40,840 nt of DNA from Basidiobolus meristosporus CBS 931.73 (Eukaryota > Fungi > Basidiobolomycota). Of this stretch, positions 37,977-40,840 are shown piece by piece (positions within the stretch are counted from its first letter, which is position 1; every line of letters starts with the position of its first letter). The notes beneath the pieces are model-generated. The model did no database searches. It was given only the letters and a program-made list of their open reading frames with translations, and was not told the origin of the DNA. A program made the position numbers and the translations under genes. The stretch covers positions 1-40,840 of the forward strand of contig MCFE01000739.1 of NCBI GenBank assembly GCA_002104905.1. Direction: 5' to 3'.

Positions 37977-38708
37977 AGACTTGTTTGGTTAGATAGTGCC
38001 ACATTAAGCCATGAGTACCAAATGATGCCATAGTGTGCCATGGGAGGCCAAATAAACATATACTTGGCCACAGAGTGTGAAACATAAATCTACATCTTCA
38101 TGCAAATCAGCCCCTGTGTTTTGCCCATAGTGTTGGAGAAAATCCATTTTTTGACCTTTTTTTGGGTTAATGTTGTGCAGGATGTATAAGAGCACAAAAG
38201 GATTGAAGACATGATTCAGGTACTCAATACCCATGGCACTCTGAATCTAGCTCCTGTGGCTTGTAACATGTCACAAATATGCATGGCACTGTCTTGGTCT
38301 ACTGGTACTATCTGGCACTATAAGTTCATTGTATAGATCTTACTATAGGGCTAATAATTAAATATAGTGCCAGATAGTGCCAGTGGACCAAGATAGTGTC
38401 ATGTATTTTTGTGACATGTTACTAGCCACAGGAGTTAGATTCTGAGTGCCATGGGTATTGAATTCCCAATGCATGTCTTCAGTTCATTCTGTGCTCTTAC
38501 ACATCCTGCACAACATTGACCTAAAAAAGGTCAAAAAATGGATTTTCTCCTGCATCATAGGTGAAATGCAGGGGCTGCTTTGCATGAAGATGCATAGCTA
38601 TGTTTCACACTCTGTGGCCAAGTATAGGTTCATTTGGCCTCCCATGGCACACTTTGGCATCATTAGGCACTCATGGCTCAATGTGGCACTATCCAACAGA
38701 ACAAGTCT
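37977..38708. mobile_element. Foldback MITE, copy 2 (732 bp), opposite orientation to copy 1
   Basis: AGACTTGTT...AACAAGTCT termini. AAT duplicated at 37974-37976 and 38709-38711. The spacer is the reverse complement of the copy-1 spacer. Confidence 0.92.
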
Positions 38709-39059
38709 AATATATTTCACAATGTGCACATCTAAATTTCAAAGATTTTTTGTGATTATAAACAAACAATAGTGCTATAATCTCAGGGCTTATACTCCAA
38801 GAATTAATTTCTTGCAAGTTTTTGTCAATGGTTGCAAACAAAGTAACAGCATTATTAAACCAAACTTCAAAAATGTATTTATTGCAAAAGAACTTTTATG
38901 TAAAAACATGAGTGTTAATAGTCGGAAAAAAAATATAATAACAAAATCATTGTAAATGTTTTTTCAACCATATCTACAATATGTACTGTATTAATTTGGG
39001 TCACAAAAAAATATGTCACACAAGACAAGCAGTCTAATAAACAAATTATCTCATAAATA

Positions 39060-39335
39060 AAGCATGGTCACATATACCTTCAAAGTAGCCCTTTCTTCTT
39101 ATTTGATAGAATGTTTGCTATCCAATTTGTTAGTAATGTTTACACCGGATTGATATGGAGCGTGGTACTTTATAGCTTCATCATAATTGTCATACTACAT
39201 GAGCTTCTTTAAATACAGTATTACCAGAGTAGAGCTGGAGTGTGAGCAATGTTTTCTTCCTATGGTGGTTGATTCCTGACAAGTTGGACACCTTGCAATG
39301 GTGGCATTTCTGATATTGAACAGACATCTGGTAGC
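39060..39335 (-). pseudogene. EnSpm-like transposase fragment
   Basis: Matches 8940-9190 in reverse (CPTC..GRKHC..LKKLM, GYFEG). Confidence 0.7.
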
Positions 39336-39517
39336 TGGAGTGAGGAATAGCTTATGCAATAAGGTAAGGAGGTGCAATAGTCAATTGGCTTATGGGATAA
39401 TACTGATCAGGTAAGACAAATGAGATAAGACTAGAATAAGTGTAGTAGAGAAATAGTGAAGTAGAAAATATGGGAATGAGCACATATGTCAGTGGGTGTC
39501 ACTGTAACCCCACTACA
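39336..39517 (-). mobile_element. LTR-B terminal fragment inserted in ORF2; left part deleted
   Basis: Matches 4890-5067. Ends CCCCACTACA and is followed directly by ORF2 sequence. Confidence 0.82.
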
Positions 39518-40290
39518 CTGTCAGAAGTCTAGCATGCCATCACCTTAAGGCTGGCATACCATGGGACCATCAGGAACTCAAGGGCAAGTAGAATGCATTT
39601 GACTTGTTCCATGAACATTATCCTAGATTCAAACAGGCAAATGGACTTTGGGCCAGCATTGGTATGCTAAGAAAGTATTTTAAGAATAGCAAAAACTATC
39701 AAAGGCAGAAGAACAAGGGTGCTATGGCTAAAAACCTGCAGCTTCCTCAAGAGCCTGTTACAAACAGGGCCAAAAGCTCCAGACAAGCACCAAAAAGATG
39801 TCAGGTAGCTGGAAGAGTGCCAATAGAGACAAGCTGGCAGACACTAATGCACTGGCACAACATTTAACAATGAAAAAGGGTAGTGCCAGTCAAGAAGCAC
39901 TTAGCCAAAGTAGCAGTGAAGGGCCTGTCAATGACAAAAATAAGTGGCTTTTACAGGAGCCCATCATAACTACAGCTGAAGGCTCAAAGCAAGCGGAAAA
40001 GAAGTGTCAGGTTGTCAGAGAAGTGCCAGCAAGGGATAAGCAGGCCAAAACAGATATATCAGATCAGAATTTATCAAGGAGAAAATGTGGTTCATTACAA
40101 CAAGCACTCAGACAAAGTAGCAGTGAAAGACCTGGCAGTGACAAAGGAAATGGTAAAGGGAATATGTGTACCCAAGCCTGCAACCAGAAAAGCATGCAAA
40201 AAAAACCACAGGTCTTGCCAATTAACACCGCAAGCCTGGAACAGACCAAATCCCATCATAGCCAAGAAGATTTACCAACAGTAAGCCAAA
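39518..40290 (+). pseudogene. ORF2 central/3' part of the EnSpm-like element
   Basis: ORFs 39604-39867 and 39798-40337 match ORF2 (HEHYP.FKQAN..WASIGMLRK; QEALSQSSSEGP). Confidence 0.72.
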
Positions 40291-40694
40291 AGCCTCCTCT
40301 TTGCCCCACATTTGGATGTAAGGTGTGTAGTCTCTGAGGATCTTACTAGAACAGCCCCACCAAAGGGGCCAAATTTTGTTGGTTTCCTGCTGATTGTCCA
40401 TTTTACATACCTTGGATTTCCATAAAAAAAACCTGGATCTTTTAGGGGCTTACCTGCCCCTACCCCTGCGGAGCAGGGTGGGGGGGCTTGATTGGTTAAC
40501 CAAACCTCAGCATGGGTTCCAGAGTGCCCCCCCCAAGGAAGTACTTTACTATCCTAAGGGGGCATCTTTTGTACCTTGGTCTTTAGGAGTTTCCAGCATT
40601 TAGCCTTGTGGTCACCAGGGCCTTACAACCATGGGGGCCCTACACTTGAGCTATAATATGCATTACTGCTAAAGAAGCTAATATAAAAGGTAAT

Positions 40695-40840
40695 ACTCTA
40701 AACTCTGTAATATCTTGCCAATTGTTTCAAATTTCTCAGGTATCTCAAAGGGCCCCTTTAGCTTGAAATGAGCCATTTACAAATTGGTCATCAGTACAGG
40801 GATACTGCTTAAAAGCAAATGCATTGCCCCATTTGGAAAG
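40695..40840 (-). pseudogene. EnSpm-like transposase fragment running off the window end
   Basis: Matches 815-960 in the same orientation. Confidence 0.65.

Noticed and set aside
1-40840. Antisense and alternative-frame ORFs in the six-frame track as host genes
   Set aside because: They overlap recognised TE pseudogenes or LTRs on the other strand or frame and lack independent motifs.

Overview
Eukaryotic, CpG-depleted, heavily nested transposon graveyard with no intact host gene. A fungal origin is inferred from the TE families and the exchanger type, not proven. The backbone is a decayed EnSpm/CACTA-like (Transposase_21-type) DNA transposon family in which the transposase gene and a second ORF are divergently arranged about 220 bp apart. 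It occurs as three long copies (1-6180, 6185-11700, 17050-22100) plus many fragments, twice as tail-to-tail inverted pairs. Inserted into this backbone are: a structurally complete but defective Ty3/gypsy element (23501-29541, 4-bp TSD); a structurally complete defective Ty1/copia element (30907-35942, 5-bp TSD, half-tRNA-iMet-type PBS); a pol remnant of a second Ty3/gypsy family; many solo LTRs of four families with readable TSDs; and two copies of a ~0.72-kb foldback MITE with ATT target duplications. The only non-TE coding remnant recognised is a decayed YrbG-like Na+/Ca2+ exchanger pseudogene (~14960-15889, minus strand). Boundaries marked by TSDs are exact; the rest are approximate.
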